A DNA stretch of 62,412 nucleotides from Planctomycetaceae bacterium (GCA_044464175.1 JBIQLO010000001.1:1-62412); one strand, 5' to 3'; numbered from the stretch's first letter, positions 1-9,413 are shown. Notes: generated from the letters alone by a model not told the origin. Numbers and translations are program-made.

Positions 1-1
1 G

Positions 2-871
2 GTCGGAGTGGGGCAGAGCATGTACGAGATCGCCCACTACACCAACGTCAACAATCTGGGGACGGCCATGCTGCTGGAGGCGTTGATCGACCATCCGGTG
101 GAGCGGCTGGTTGTGGCCTCGAGCATGAGCCTTTACGGGGAAGGCGCATACCGCGGGCCCGAGGGGCGCAACGCGACGCCGGTGGAACGCAACGTGGAGC
201 AACTCAAACGACGGGATTGGGAAGTGCGCGACGCCAAAGGGGCGGCGCTGACGCCGATGCCCACGCCGGAGACCAAGCCCCCTTCCCTGGCGTCGGTGTA
301 TGCCCTGTCGAAATATGACCAGGAGCGGATGTGCCTGATTGTGGGGCGGGCGTACGGCATCCCGACGACCGCGCTTCGGTTTTTTAACGTTTACGGGCCG
401 CGCCAGGCACTGTCCAATCCATATACGGGCGTGCTGGCCATTTTCGCCTCCCGTCTTCTCAACGGCCAGCCGCCGCTGATCTATGAAGATGGCGAGCAAA
501 AGCGTGACTTCGTGCATGTGACCGACATTGCCCGCGCCTGCCGGCTGGCGCTGGAATCGCCGCAAGCGCCGGGGCGGGCCTTCAACATCGGCTCGGGCCA
601 GGCATTCAGCGTGCGCGAGGTGGCGCAGCGCCTGGCGCGGACGCTGGACCGGCCGGAAATTGAGCCGCAAATCACCCATGAGTACCGCGTAGGCGACATC
701 CGGCACTGCTTTGCCGACATCCGCCTGGCGAGGCATCTGCTTGACTATGAACCTCAAACCGGCTTCGAGGAAGGCCTGGCGGATCTGGCGGCGTGGCTGG
801 AGCATCAGACGGCGGAGGATCACGTGCTTCAGGCGCGCCGGGAACTGGGAACCCGAGGATTGGCAATATGA
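2..871 (+). CDS. NAD-dependent epimerase/dehydratase (extended SDR), 5' end cut by window edge
   Basis: Frame is open to the window edge. Has the SDR YxxxK motif (YALSK) and an NVYGPRQ motif typical of sugar-nucleotide epimerases/dehydratases. Stop overlaps the next start (ATGA at 868-871). Confidence 0.8.
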   Translation, partial: VGVGQSMYEIAHYTNVNNLGTAMLLEALIDHPVERLVVASSMSLYGEGAYRGPEGRNATPVERNVEQLKRRDWEVRDAKGAALTPMPTPETKPPSLASVYALSKYDQERMCLIVGRAYGIPTTALRFFNVYGPRQALSNPYTGVLAIFASRLLNGQPPLIYEDGEQKRDFVHVTDIARACRLALESPQAPGRAFNIGSGQAFSVREVAQRLARTLDRPEIEPQITHEYRVGDIRHCFADIRLARHLLDYEPQTGFEEGLADLAAWLEHQTAEDHVLQARRELGTRGLAI

Positions 872-3000
872 AACATACTTCCACAGCGACAGACCGGACC
901 GCCCGTGATGGGGCCTGTCCCCCGGATCAGCAGCGGATCGGGCTGATGGAATGGTTCCGACCCGGCGAGCATCAGCGTGTCGAGGCGGTGCTGGCCGATC
1001 TTCAACGGCTGAACATCACGCACCTGCGGACGGGCATCTCGTGGGCCGAGTGGTACACCCCCGCCGGACAGGCCTGGTATGAGTGGCTCTTTCCGCGCCT
1101 GGCCCGGCAGGTGAACGTGCTGCCCTGCTTTGTCTACACACCGCCGAGTTGGTCGGTGGCCGCCAAGACCTCCGCCCCGCCGCATGACCTGCGCAGCTAC
1201 GGCGATTATCTGGACACGATGATCACCCGCTTCGGGGATTATTTCCAATGGGTGGAACTGTGGAATGAGCCCAACAACCAGCAGGAATGGGATTTCACGC
1301 TCGACCCGTACTGGCTGAAGTTCGCCGAAATGATCGGCGGCGCGGCCTACTGGGCGCGCCAGCGTGGCAAAAAGACGGTGCTGGGGGGGATGAGCCCGAT
1401 CGATCCCAACTGGCTGCGGATGATGTGCCAGCGAAATGTCATCGACCACATCGATGCGGTGGCCATTCACGCCTTTCCCAATCGCTGCCAGTTCGAATGG
1501 CAGGGCTGGGAAAAGCTCATTGGGCGCGTCCGGGATGTGCTGGACCAGCACAAGCTGAATCCGGAAATCTGGATCACGGAAACGGGTTACTCCACCTGGC
1601 GGCACGATGAACGGCGGCAGTTGACCAGCCTGGTCGATGCGCTGGATGCCCCGGCGGCCCGGGTTTACTGGTATGCCATGCAGGACCTGGACCCGGCGGT
1701 GGCGACTGTGGGCGGTTTTCACTATGACGAGCGGGATTATCATTTCGGCCTGAAGCGCTCGGACGGATCGGAAAAGCTGCTGTTTCGCCTGTGGGCCGAA
1801 GGAGGCCTCCAGACGGTGCGGCAGGCGTACTGGCTGGGGCGCGGGCTGCGAACGCAGGGATCGGACCGCCCGGCCCTCATCACCGGCGGCTGCGGCTTTA
1901 TCGGCATCAATGTGGCGCACCGGCTTTTGAGCCAGGAGCGTCCGGTGCTGCTGCTGGACAATCTCTCCCGGCCGGGAGCCGAGCGCAATCTCCAATGGCT
2001 CAAGCAGACGCACAAGGGGCGTCTGCGCATCGAGGCGGCGGACGTGCGGGATGCCCATGCGCTGCGGAACGCGGTTCACGGGGCGGCGCAGGTCTTTCAC
2101 CATGCAGCGCAGGTGGCGGTGACCACGAGCCTGGTCAACGCCATTCACGATTTTGAGGTGAACGCCCGCGGCACGGTCAACCTGCTTGAGGCGATCCGGG
2201 CGCAGGATGATCCGCCCCCCCTGCTGTTCACTTCCACCAACAAGGTGTATGGCGGGCTGCCGGATTTAAAACTGCGGGCCCGGCACGGACGCTATGAGCC
2301 GGAGGATGCCGCCACGCGCGAGTCCGGGGTGGATGAAGCGCGTCCGCTCGATTTCCACAGCCCCTACGGCTGCTCCAAGGGAGCGGCGGACCAATACGTT
2401 CTTGACTATGCCCGCACGTTTGGGCTGCCGGCGGTGGTCTTCCGCATGAGCTGCATCTACGGCCCGCACCAGTATGGGAATGAGGATCAGGGGTGGGTTG
2501 CGCATTTCCTGATTCGGGCGATGCAGAACCAGCCGATCACCATCTATGGGGATGGAATGCAGGTGCGCGACATTCTGTTCATCGACGACCTGGTGGATGC
2601 CTTCCTGGCCGCGCACGCGAACATGTCCACGCTCAGCGGGCAGGCCTTCAACATCGGCGGCGGCCCAGCCAACACGATCAGTCTTATCGAGTTGCTGGAT
2701 TTGATCGAGACATTCCAGGGACGGCGTCCGGCGCTCCGCCACAGCGCCTGGCGGCCGGGCGATCAGCGCTATTACGTCTCCAACACCAGCCGCTTCCAGA
2801 CCGCCACGGGCTGGAAGCCGCGGGTGGGCGTTCGCCAGGGCGTGCGGCGGCTGCAGGAATGGCTGGCGAAGCAGGAATTTTCCGAGTCGACGGCGGCGCG
2901 TCCGGTGAAACGGCCGCGGTCAAAGAACCCAGCGCATCGGCAGTCCCCTAAAATTGAGCAAAACACCCATGTCCTCCACCATGCTCGCCGCGGTCGTTGA
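868..3000 (+). CDS. Two-domain protein: N-terminal TIM-barrel glycosidase-like domain fused to a C-terminal SDR epimerase/dehydratase
   Basis: The N-terminal half has WVELWNEPNN and ITETGYS motifs, typical of clan GH-A acid/base and nucleophile regions. The C-terminal half has a Rossmann ITGGCGFIG motif and YGCSK (YxxxK). The ATG at 868 is coupled to the upstream stop; the ORF track start at 793 lies inside the upstream gene. Confidence 0.75.
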   Translation: MKHTSTATDRTARDGACPPDQQRIGLMEWFRPGEHQRVEAVLADLQRLNITHLRTGISWAEWYTPAGQAWYEWLFPRLARQVNVLPCFVYTPPSWSVAAKTSAPPHDLRSYGDYLDTMITRFGDYFQWVELWNEPNNQQEWDFTLDPYWLKFAEMIGGAAYWARQRGKKTVLGGMSPIDPNWLRMMCQRNVIDHIDAVAIHAFPNRCQFEWQGWEKLIGRVRDVLDQHKLNPEIWITETGYSTWRHDERRQLTSLVDALDAPAARVYWYAMQDLDPAVATVGGFHYDERDYHFGLKRSDGSEKLLFRLWAEGGLQTVRQAYWLGRGLRTQGSDRPALITGGCGFIGINVAHRLLSQERPVLLLDNLSRPGAERNLQWLKQTHKGRLRIEAADVRDAHALRNAVHGAAQVFHHAAQVAVTTSLVNAIHDFEVNARGTVNLLEAIRAQDDPPPLLFTSTNKVYGGLPDLKLRARHGRYEPEDAATRESGVDEARPLDFHSPYGCSKGAADQYVLDYARTFGLPAVVFRMSCIYGPHQYGNEDQGWVAHFLIRAMQNQPITIYGDGMQVRDILFIDDLVDAFLAAHANMSTLSGQAFNIGGGPANTISLIELLDLIETFQGRRPALRHSAWRPGDQRYYVSNTSRFQTATGWKPRVGVRQGVRRLQEWLAKQEFSESTAARPVKRPRSKNPAHRQSPKIEQNTHVLHHARRGR

Positions 3001-3985
3001 AGCGCCCCGGCGTCTTAACATTCATGAGGTTCCCATTCCCCGGCCCGCGGCCGATCAGGTGCGCGTCGCACTGGAAGGATGCGGCGTCTGCGCTTCCAAC
3101 GTGCCGCCGTGGGAGGGGCGGGAATGGTTTGAATACCCGATGGCGCCGGGGCAACTCGGGCATGAAGGATGGGGCCGGATTGACGCCGTGGGAAGCGGCG
3201 TAAGCCAGTTCAAACCGGGCGATCGCGTCGCCATGCTCTCGGAGCACGCCTACGCCGAGTATGACCTGGCGGCGCAGAACGCCGTGGTGAAATTGCCGCC
3301 GGCGCTGGACGGCCAGCCGTTCCCGGCCGAGCCGCTGGCGTGCGCGATCAATATCTTCCGCCGCAGCGGCATCCAGCCGGGTCAGACGGTGGCGATCGTC
3401 GGGATCGGGTTCCTGGGCGCGCTGCTGACGCGGCTGGCCAGCGACGCCGGGGCGCGGGTGATTGCAATCAATCGCCGCCCGGCCGCGCTGGAGATGGCCG
3501 GGCGGATGGGGGCGGCGCACGCCCTGGCGATGGATGGACAGACGCTGGAGCAGGTCCAGCAGTTGACCGGCGAGGAACTGTGCCCCGTGGTGATCGAAGC
3601 GGCCGGCACGCAGGCCACGTTGGATCTGGCGGCGGCGCTGACGGGGATTCGCGGCCGGCTGGTCATCGCAGGATATCACCAGGACGGGCTGCGGCAGTGC
3701 AACCTGCAGTTGTGGAACTGGCGGGGATTGGATGTGATCAACGCCCACGAGCGCGATCCGGAAGTTTACCGCCGGGGCATGGAACTGGCGGTGGGGATGC
3801 GCATGGAGGGCCAGCTTGACGCCACACCGCTGTACACGCACCGGTTTCCATTGGAGGGATTGGGGGAGGCATTGGATCTGGCCATGCAACGGCCGGAGGG
3901 ATTTGTCAAAGCACTGGTTGAAATCGCCCCGGGGCGGGGCGGGCGGGAAGGCTCCCGGGACAATCAGCCAGCCATCGAAGGGTAA
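2969..3985 (+). CDS. Zinc-binding alcohol dehydrogenase family (MDR) protein
   Basis: GHEGWG and CGVC zinc-ligand region and a GIGFLG Rossmann motif. ATG at 2969 is preferred over the TTG at 2954. Overlaps the upstream gene tail by 32 nt. Confidence 0.8.
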   Translation: MSSTMLAAVVEAPRRLNIHEVPIPRPAADQVRVALEGCGVCASNVPPWEGREWFEYPMAPGQLGHEGWGRIDAVGSGVSQFKPGDRVAMLSEHAYAEYDLAAQNAVVKLPPALDGQPFPAEPLACAINIFRRSGIQPGQTVAIVGIGFLGALLTRLASDAGARVIAINRRPAALEMAGRMGAAHALAMDGQTLEQVQQLTGEELCPVVIEAAGTQATLDLAAALTGIRGRLVIAGYHQDGLRQCNLQLWNWRGLDVINAHERDPEVYRRGMELAVGMRMEGQLDATPLYTHRFPLEGLGEALDLAMQRPEGFVKALVEIAPGRGGREGSRDNQPAIEG

Positions 3986-3990
3986 GTGAC

Positions 3991-5181
3991 ATGAAGGTTT
4001 TGATGACAAGCGATGCGGTCGGCGGCGTGTGGACCTATGCCCTGGAACTGGCCGGGGCCCTGGCGGAGGATGGGGTGGAGGTCGTGCTGGCAACGATGGG
4101 GCCCCCTCCCAAGCAGCACCAGCGTCAGGAGGCCGCAGCGCTGGGGAATGTTCTGCTGGAATGCGGGGATTTCAAGCTGGAATGGATGGAGGATCCTTGG
4201 GAGGATGTCCGGCTGGCCGGACAATGGCTGCTGGAACTGGAGCAGGCGCATCACCCGAACCTGATTCATCTCAACGGATATGCGCATGGGACGCTGCCGT
4301 GGGCCGCGCCGGTGCTGATGGTGGCGCACTCCTGCGTGTTGTCCTGGTGGGAGGCGGTCAAGGGGGAGCCGATTCCGCCGCAATGGAGCCGGTATCGGCA
4401 TGTGGTGGCCAGCGGGCTGGCGTCGGCCGATTGTGTCGTCGCGCCGTCGGCCCAGATGCTGGAAATGGCCCAACGGCATTACGGGCCGCTGCCCCGGACG
4501 CTGGTGATTCATAACGCCCGGGATCCGGCCCGCTGTCCGGCAGGGAAAAAGGAGCCGCTGATTCTGACCGCCGGCCGCATGTGGGATGAGGCCAAGAACC
4601 TTGCTGCCCTGGCGGCCATCGCCCCGGAGCTCCATTGGCCGGTCTATGTGGCCGGGTCGTCGCAGGCGGATGCGAATTCCTCCGGACAGCTGCCCCAGAC
4701 GGGCGATGATGGCTCGCCGCGGGATGAACTCAGCGCCGGCCCGATCCGGTTTTTAGGCCCGCTTCCGGCCGCCGATTTGGCGGGATGGATGTCCCGGGCG
4801 GCGATCTACGCCCTGCCGGCGCGGTATGAGCCGTTTGGCCTCTCGATTTTGGAAGCAGCGCTGGCCGGCTGCGCGCTGGTGCTGGGAGACATTCCTTCGC
4901 TGCGTGAGATTTGGGGGGATGCGGCCCTGTTCATTGCGCCAGATGACCATGATGGCCTGCGGCAGGCGATCAACGCCCTGATTAACGACCCGGACCGGCA
5001 GGGAGCGCTGGCCGACCGCGCCCAGCAGCGGGCGATGGCGTATACGCCCCGGCGCATGGCCGATGCGTATCTGGCGCAGTACCGCCGCCTGCACGCCTTG
5101 ATGCACATCACCGATCCCATTCTTCCCGGCGTAAGCCCGTTTCTTGAGCAACCCCGAATCAGCGCGGCCGCCGTCAAATAG
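3991..5181 (+). CDS. Glycosyltransferase, GT-B fold (family 4-like)
   Basis: N-terminal SDAVGGVWTY and a C-terminal EPFGLSILEAALAGCALV (E-x7-E region), typical of GT4 enzymes. Confidence 0.8.
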   Translation: MKVLMTSDAVGGVWTYALELAGALAEDGVEVVLATMGPPPKQHQRQEAAALGNVLLECGDFKLEWMEDPWEDVRLAGQWLLELEQAHHPNLIHLNGYAHGTLPWAAPVLMVAHSCVLSWWEAVKGEPIPPQWSRYRHVVASGLASADCVVAPSAQMLEMAQRHYGPLPRTLVIHNARDPARCPAGKKEPLILTAGRMWDEAKNLAALAAIAPELHWPVYVAGSSQADANSSGQLPQTGDDGSPRDELSAGPIRFLGPLPAADLAGWMSRAAIYALPARYEPFGLSILEAALAGCALVLGDIPSLREIWGDAALFIAPDDHDGLRQAINALINDPDRQGALADRAQQRAMAYTPRRMADAYLAQYRRLHALMHITDPILPGVSPFLEQPRISAAAVK

Positions 5182-5190
5182 GAGTTGTCC

Positions 5191-6357
5191 ATGCGCATTG
5201 TCCTGTTTTACCATTCCCTGATTTCCGACTGGAACCACGGCAATGCCCATTTCCTGCGCGGGATCGCCTCGGAACTGCTGCACCGGGGCCATGACGTGCG
5301 TCTATTCGAACCGCGCAACGGCTGGAGCGCGGTCAACCAGCGGGCCGAAGCCAACGGAACAGCCCTCAAGGGATTTCGGGCGGCATATCCGAATTTGAAA
5401 AGCACTTCCTATCACCTGCCCACGCTCGATCCGGACCTGGCGTTGCAGGAGGCGGACCTGGTGATCGTGCATGAGTGGAATGAGCCGGAACTGGTGCGGC
5501 GAATCGGGGAGCACCGCGCGACCCGAGGGGGGTATCGTCTGCTGTTTCACGACACCCACCATCGCGCGGTCACCGATCCATCGGCCATGGGCGGGTACGA
5601 CCTGCGGCACTATGACGGCGTGCTGGCCTTTGGGGGGGTGCTGCGGGAGATTTATCTCAGGAACGGCTGGACACGCCGGGCGTGGGTGTGGCACGAGGCG
5701 GCCGACACGCGGGTGTTTCGCCCCATTGTCGATCAGCCGACTGAAGGGGACCTGGTCTGGATCGGCAACTGGGGGGATGGGGAACGGTCGGAGGAATTGA
5801 TGCGGTTTCTGCTGCGCCCCATCGCAGCGCTGAAGCTCGGGGCGCGGATTCATGGCGTGCGCTATCCGGCCGAGGCGCGGGCGGCGCTGGCCGAGGCGGG
5901 GGTGGAATATGGCGGCTGGCTGCCCAACTACCGGGCCCCGGAGGTGTTTGCCCGGTTCAAGTTCACGGTGCATGTGCCGCGCCGACCGTATGCACGCGCG
6001 CTGCCGGGGATTCCCACTATCCGCGTCTTTGAGGCGCTCGCCTGCGGCACGCCGCTGGTCTGCGCGCCGTGGGAGGATGCCGAGCACCTGTTCACGCCGG
6101 GAGAGGATTACCTGGTGGCGCGGGATGGTGCGGAGATGAAGGCGCATATGCGCCTGTTGCTCAAGGACCGCGCCTTCAGCCGACAGCTGGCCGCGCATGG
6201 CCACCATACGATCCTGTCGCGTCATACCTGCGCGCATCGGGTGGATGAATTGATGAACGTGGTCGATGAGCTGCGACAGGCCAAACCGGCCCCCGGGCGA
6301 CGGGCCGGGAAGCGCGGGACTCCGTCGCGAGCCGCCGTCAACGGGAGATCAAGATGA
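5191..6357 (+). CDS. CgeB-family glycosyltransferase-like protein (module 1)
   Basis: Clear similarity to both halves of the next ORF: N-terminal IVLFYHSLISDWNHGNAHFLRG and C-terminal RVFEALACGTPLV...SRHTCAHR. ATG at 5191 is preferred over the TTG at 5185. Confidence 0.7.
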   Translation: MRIVLFYHSLISDWNHGNAHFLRGIASELLHRGHDVRLFEPRNGWSAVNQRAEANGTALKGFRAAYPNLKSTSYHLPTLDPDLALQEADLVIVHEWNEPELVRRIGEHRATRGGYRLLFHDTHHRAVTDPSAMGGYDLRHYDGVLAFGGVLREIYLRNGWTRRAWVWHEAADTRVFRPIVDQPTEGDLVWIGNWGDGERSEELMRFLLRPIAALKLGARIHGVRYPAEARAALAEAGVEYGGWLPNYRAPEVFARFKFTVHVPRRPYARALPGIPTIRVFEALACGTPLVCAPWEDAEHLFTPGEDYLVARDGAEMKAHMRLLLKDRAFSRQLAAHGHHTILSRHTCAHRVDELMNVVDELRQAKPAPGRRAGKRGTPSRAAVNGRSR

Positions 6358-8576
6358 ACCACAAACCCACCATTGCCTTCTTCGGCTCCAGCCTTGTCTC
6401 GGCCTACTGGAACGGGGCGGCCACTTACTACCGGGGCCTGGTTCGCGCGCTGCACGCCCGCGGCTATCGCGTCACGTTCTATGAGCCTGATGCCTACGAA
6501 CGGCAACAGCATCGGGACATGCCCGACCCGCCCTGGGCGCGGGTGGTGGTCTATTCAGCCCAGGGCACCGATGCGCTTGAGGCGTGCCTTCAGGAAGCCG
6601 CCGGTGCCGATCTGATCGTCAAGGCCAGTGGCGTGGGGGTTTTTGACGAGCTGCTTGAAGCGCGGGTTCCGGCCCTGCGGCGATCGGGCAATTTGGTGGC
6701 CTTCTGGGATGTGGATGCCCCGGCCACGCTGGAACGGCTTCGGCGGAACCCGCAGGACCCGTTTCATCCCCTGATTCCGCGGTATGACCTGATTTTCACA
6801 TATGGCGGCGGGCAGCCGGTGATCTCGGCGTACGAACAACTGGGGGCGCGGCGATGCGTGCCGATTTACAACGCCCTGGACCCGCAAACGCATCATCCGG
6901 TCCCGCCCGAGCCGCGCTTTGAGGCGGACCTGGGATTTCTGGGCAACCGCCTGCCGGACCGGGAGGCGCGGGTGGAGGCGTTCTTCATTCAGGCCGCGGC
7001 GATGCTGCCCCAGCGGCAGTTTCTGCTGGGGGGAAGCGGATGGGAGGACAAGCCGCTGCCGCCCAACATCCGCCGCCTGGGGCACGTGCCGACGGCCGAC
7101 CACAACGCCTTTAACTGCACGCCCAGGGCGGTGCTGAACATCAGCCGCCAAAGCATGGCCGATTTTGGCTTCTCGCCGGCCACGCGCGTCTTTGAGGCCG
7201 CCGGCGCGGCCGCCTGCCTCATTACCGATGATTTTCCGGGCATTGACGAATTCTTTGAACCGGAGACGGAGATTCTCGTGGCGCGGGATGGGGCGGATGT
7301 CGCACGGCAGCTTGAGGCGCTGACGCCTGCAAAAGCGACCGCCATCGGGCAGGCCGCGTGCCGGCGGGTTCTGGCTGATCATACCTATGCCCAGCGGGCG
7401 GTGCGATTTGAGGAGGCAATCGGGGCCGATCCCGGAAGTGGGATTTCGGGTGCCGGGATTCGGGATTCTCACTCCAATCCGAATCCCGGCACCCAAAACC
7501 CGAAATCCGAGTCCCTCAACATCGTCATTCTCGGCCTGTCCATCACCTCTTCATGGGGAAACGGACACGCTACGACCTATCGGGGCCTGGTGCGCGAGCT
7601 GAGCCGCCGGGGACATCAGGTTTTGTTTCTTGAGCGGGATAAGCCCTGGTATGCGAACAACCGCGATCTACCCCACCCCCCTTTTGGGCGCACGGCATTG
7701 TATAAGACGGTGGAGGACCTGAAGCGGCGATTTGCGGCCGAGGTCCGGCAGGCGGACCTGGTGATCGTCGGCTCGTATGTGCCCCAGGGCGTGGCCGTTG
7801 GGCAATGGGTGATCCAGACCGCGCGGGGGCTGCCGGCATTTTATGACATCGACACGCCGGTCACGCTGGCGAAGCTGGAGCGGGGCGATGAGGAATACCT
7901 GTCGCGGGCCCTGGTGCCGCGCTACCGGCTGTACCTCTCCTTCACCGGCGGGCCGACGCTGGAGCGGCTGGAAAGGGAATTCGGGTCCCCCGCCGCCCGG
8001 GCGCTCTATTGCGCGGTGGACCCGGAATCGTATTACCCGCAGGAGTCGGCCAAAATCTGGGAACTGGGGTACCTGGGCACCTACAGCCCCGACAGGCAGC
8101 CCGCGCTGGAGCAGTTTTTGATGGGAACGGCGCGCCGGCGTCCCGCCGGGCGGTTTGTGGTGGCGGGCTCGCAGTATCCCTCGGAGATCGACTGGCCGCC
8201 CAACGTACAGCGCATCGAGCATCTGAACCCATCGGAACACCGGGCCTTCTACAACCAGCAGGATTTGACGCTCAACCTGACTCGCTCGGACATGCGTCGG
8301 GCCGGCTACTGCCCCAGCGTGCGCCTGTTTGAGGCGGCCGCCTGCGGGGTGCCGATCCTGACTGACCGGTGGGAGGGGCTGGATGAGTTCTTCACACCCA
8401 ATGAGGAAATCTGCGTCATCGGCAACACGGAGGAGGCGTTGCGGCTGATGGAGCAGCGCCAATCCAAGGCGATGCGCCTGCTGGGACAGGCCGCGCGGCA
8501 TCGGGTGCTGTCGCGGCACACGGCGGCCCATCGGGCGGCCGAATTGGAAACCATCGTACATGAGCTGAATCAATGA
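6354..8576 (+). CDS. Tandem di-domain CgeB-family glycosyltransferase-like protein (modules 2 and 3 fused)
   Basis: Residues 1 to ~360 and ~385 to 740 are paralogous: FFGSSLVSAYWNGAATYYRGL versus ILGLSITSSWGNGHATTYRGL, and RVFEAAGAAACLITD versus RLFEAAACGVPILTD. ATGA overlaps at both ends (6354 and 8573). Confidence 0.7.
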   Translation: MNHKPTIAFFGSSLVSAYWNGAATYYRGLVRALHARGYRVTFYEPDAYERQQHRDMPDPPWARVVVYSAQGTDALEACLQEAAGADLIVKASGVGVFDELLEARVPALRRSGNLVAFWDVDAPATLERLRRNPQDPFHPLIPRYDLIFTYGGGQPVISAYEQLGARRCVPIYNALDPQTHHPVPPEPRFEADLGFLGNRLPDREARVEAFFIQAAAMLPQRQFLLGGSGWEDKPLPPNIRRLGHVPTADHNAFNCTPRAVLNISRQSMADFGFSPATRVFEAAGAAACLITDDFPGIDEFFEPETEILVARDGADVARQLEALTPAKATAIGQAACRRVLADHTYAQRAVRFEEAIGADPGSGISGAGIRDSHSNPNPGTQNPKSESLNIVILGLSITSSWGNGHATTYRGLVRELSRRGHQVLFLERDKPWYANNRDLPHPPFGRTALYKTVEDLKRRFAAEVRQADLVIVGSYVPQGVAVGQWVIQTARGLPAFYDIDTPVTLAKLERGDEEYLSRALVPRYRLYLSFTGGPTLERLEREFGSPAARALYCAVDPESYYPQESAKIWELGYLGTYSPDRQPALEQFLMGTARRRPAGRFVVAGSQYPSEIDWPPNVQRIEHLNPSEHRAFYNQQDLTLNLTRSDMRRAGYCPSVRLFEAAACGVPILTDRWEGLDEFFTPNEEICVIGNTEEALRLMEQRQSKAMRLLGQAARHRVLSRHTAAHRAAELETIVHELNQ
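7441..7508. repeat. CGGGATT-heptamer hairpin lying inside the CDS at the junction of the two CgeB modules
   Basis: Arms are GGATTTCGGGTGCCGGGATTCGGGATT and AATCCGAATCCCGGCACCCAAAACCCGAAATCC. They pair as 10 bp plus 13 bp blocks with one bulge. The element is translated as GISGAGIRDSHSNPNPGTQNPKS. Confidence 0.85.
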
Positions 8577-9361
8577 CCTCCACGGACACACAGGATCGGC
8601 AAGGGACGGCCGAGCAGGTCGAGGCCCTCAAGCCCTGGTTTCACAATCTCCACTTGCCGGACGGCACGCAGACGGTGCCCGATCACTGGCTGGGGGATTT
8701 TCCCACGTTCAAGTGGCGACAAATCGGCCACCACCTGCCGGAGGACCTGCGTGGATGGCGGTGCCTGGACATCGGCTGCAACGCGGGGTTTTATTCGTTT
8801 GAGCTGGCGAAGCGCGGCGCTGAGGTGCTGGGGATCGATGTTGATGAGCACTACCTGAAGCAGGCGCGCTGGGCGGCAAGACAGTATGGACTTGAGGATC
8901 GGATACGCTTTTGCCGCATGCAGGTGTATGACCTGGCGCGGCTGGGCGAGACGTTCGACCTGGTCTGGTTCATGGGCGTGCTCTATCACCTGCGCTATCC
9001 GATGCTCGGCCTGACCCTGGTCTGCCGGAAAGTGGGCCGGCTGATGGTCTTCCAGACCCTCACGATGCCGGGGAGCGAGGTATTTGAGGCGACCGACAAC
9101 CGACTCTGGGAGGAGCGGGAGCTGATGGGGGAGCCGGGCTGGCCGAAAATGGCCTTTCTCGAACACGGATTCGCCGGCGATCCCACAAACTGGTGGGCGC
9201 CCAACCACGCCGCGGTCGAGGCGATGCTCCGCAGCTGCGGGATGGAAGTGACCCACCGTCCGGGACATGAAATCTACCTCTGCCGGCCGACGGGCACGAT
9301 CGAGGAGGATCCGGAACTGGATTCGATCCTGCACCTGTCGTCGCCGGCGGATCCCGAATGA
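8573..9361 (+). CDS. Class I SAM-dependent methyltransferase
   Basis: SAM motif I CLDIGCNAGFYSFELAKRGA..VLGIDVD. From memory, the N-terminal WFHNLHLPDG region resembles the methyltransferase family named after Rta_06860 and DUF1698-type enzymes. Confidence 0.75.
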   Translation: MTSTDTQDRQGTAEQVEALKPWFHNLHLPDGTQTVPDHWLGDFPTFKWRQIGHHLPEDLRGWRCLDIGCNAGFYSFELAKRGAEVLGIDVDEHYLKQARWAARQYGLEDRIRFCRMQVYDLARLGETFDLVWFMGVLYHLRYPMLGLTLVCRKVGRLMVFQTLTMPGSEVFEATDNRLWEERELMGEPGWPKMAFLEHGFAGDPTNWWAPNHAAVEAMLRSCGMEVTHRPGHEIYLCRPTGTIEEDPELDSILHLSSPADPE

Positions 9362-9384
9362 GACTGTCGCATCCAATCCGGCCA

Positions 9385-9413
9385 TTGACACTCCCCCACC
9401 GGTGGTCTAGCTT
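9385..9413 (+). promoter_or_regulatory. Candidate sigma-70 promoter TTGACA-N17-TAGCTT for psd
   Basis: TTGACA at 9385-9390 and TAGCTT at 9408-9413. The psd ATG at 9423 is only 9 nt past the -10, implying a nearly leaderless mRNA. Confidence 0.3.

Noticed and set aside
6354-8576. The 740-aa di-domain ORF as a frameshifted or pseudogenised pair of genes.
   Set aside because: The frame is continuous with no internal stop. Both modules retain the conserved N- and C-terminal motifs. The second module lacks any start codon, so a genuine fusion is the simpler reading. An assembly error cannot be excluded from sequence alone.
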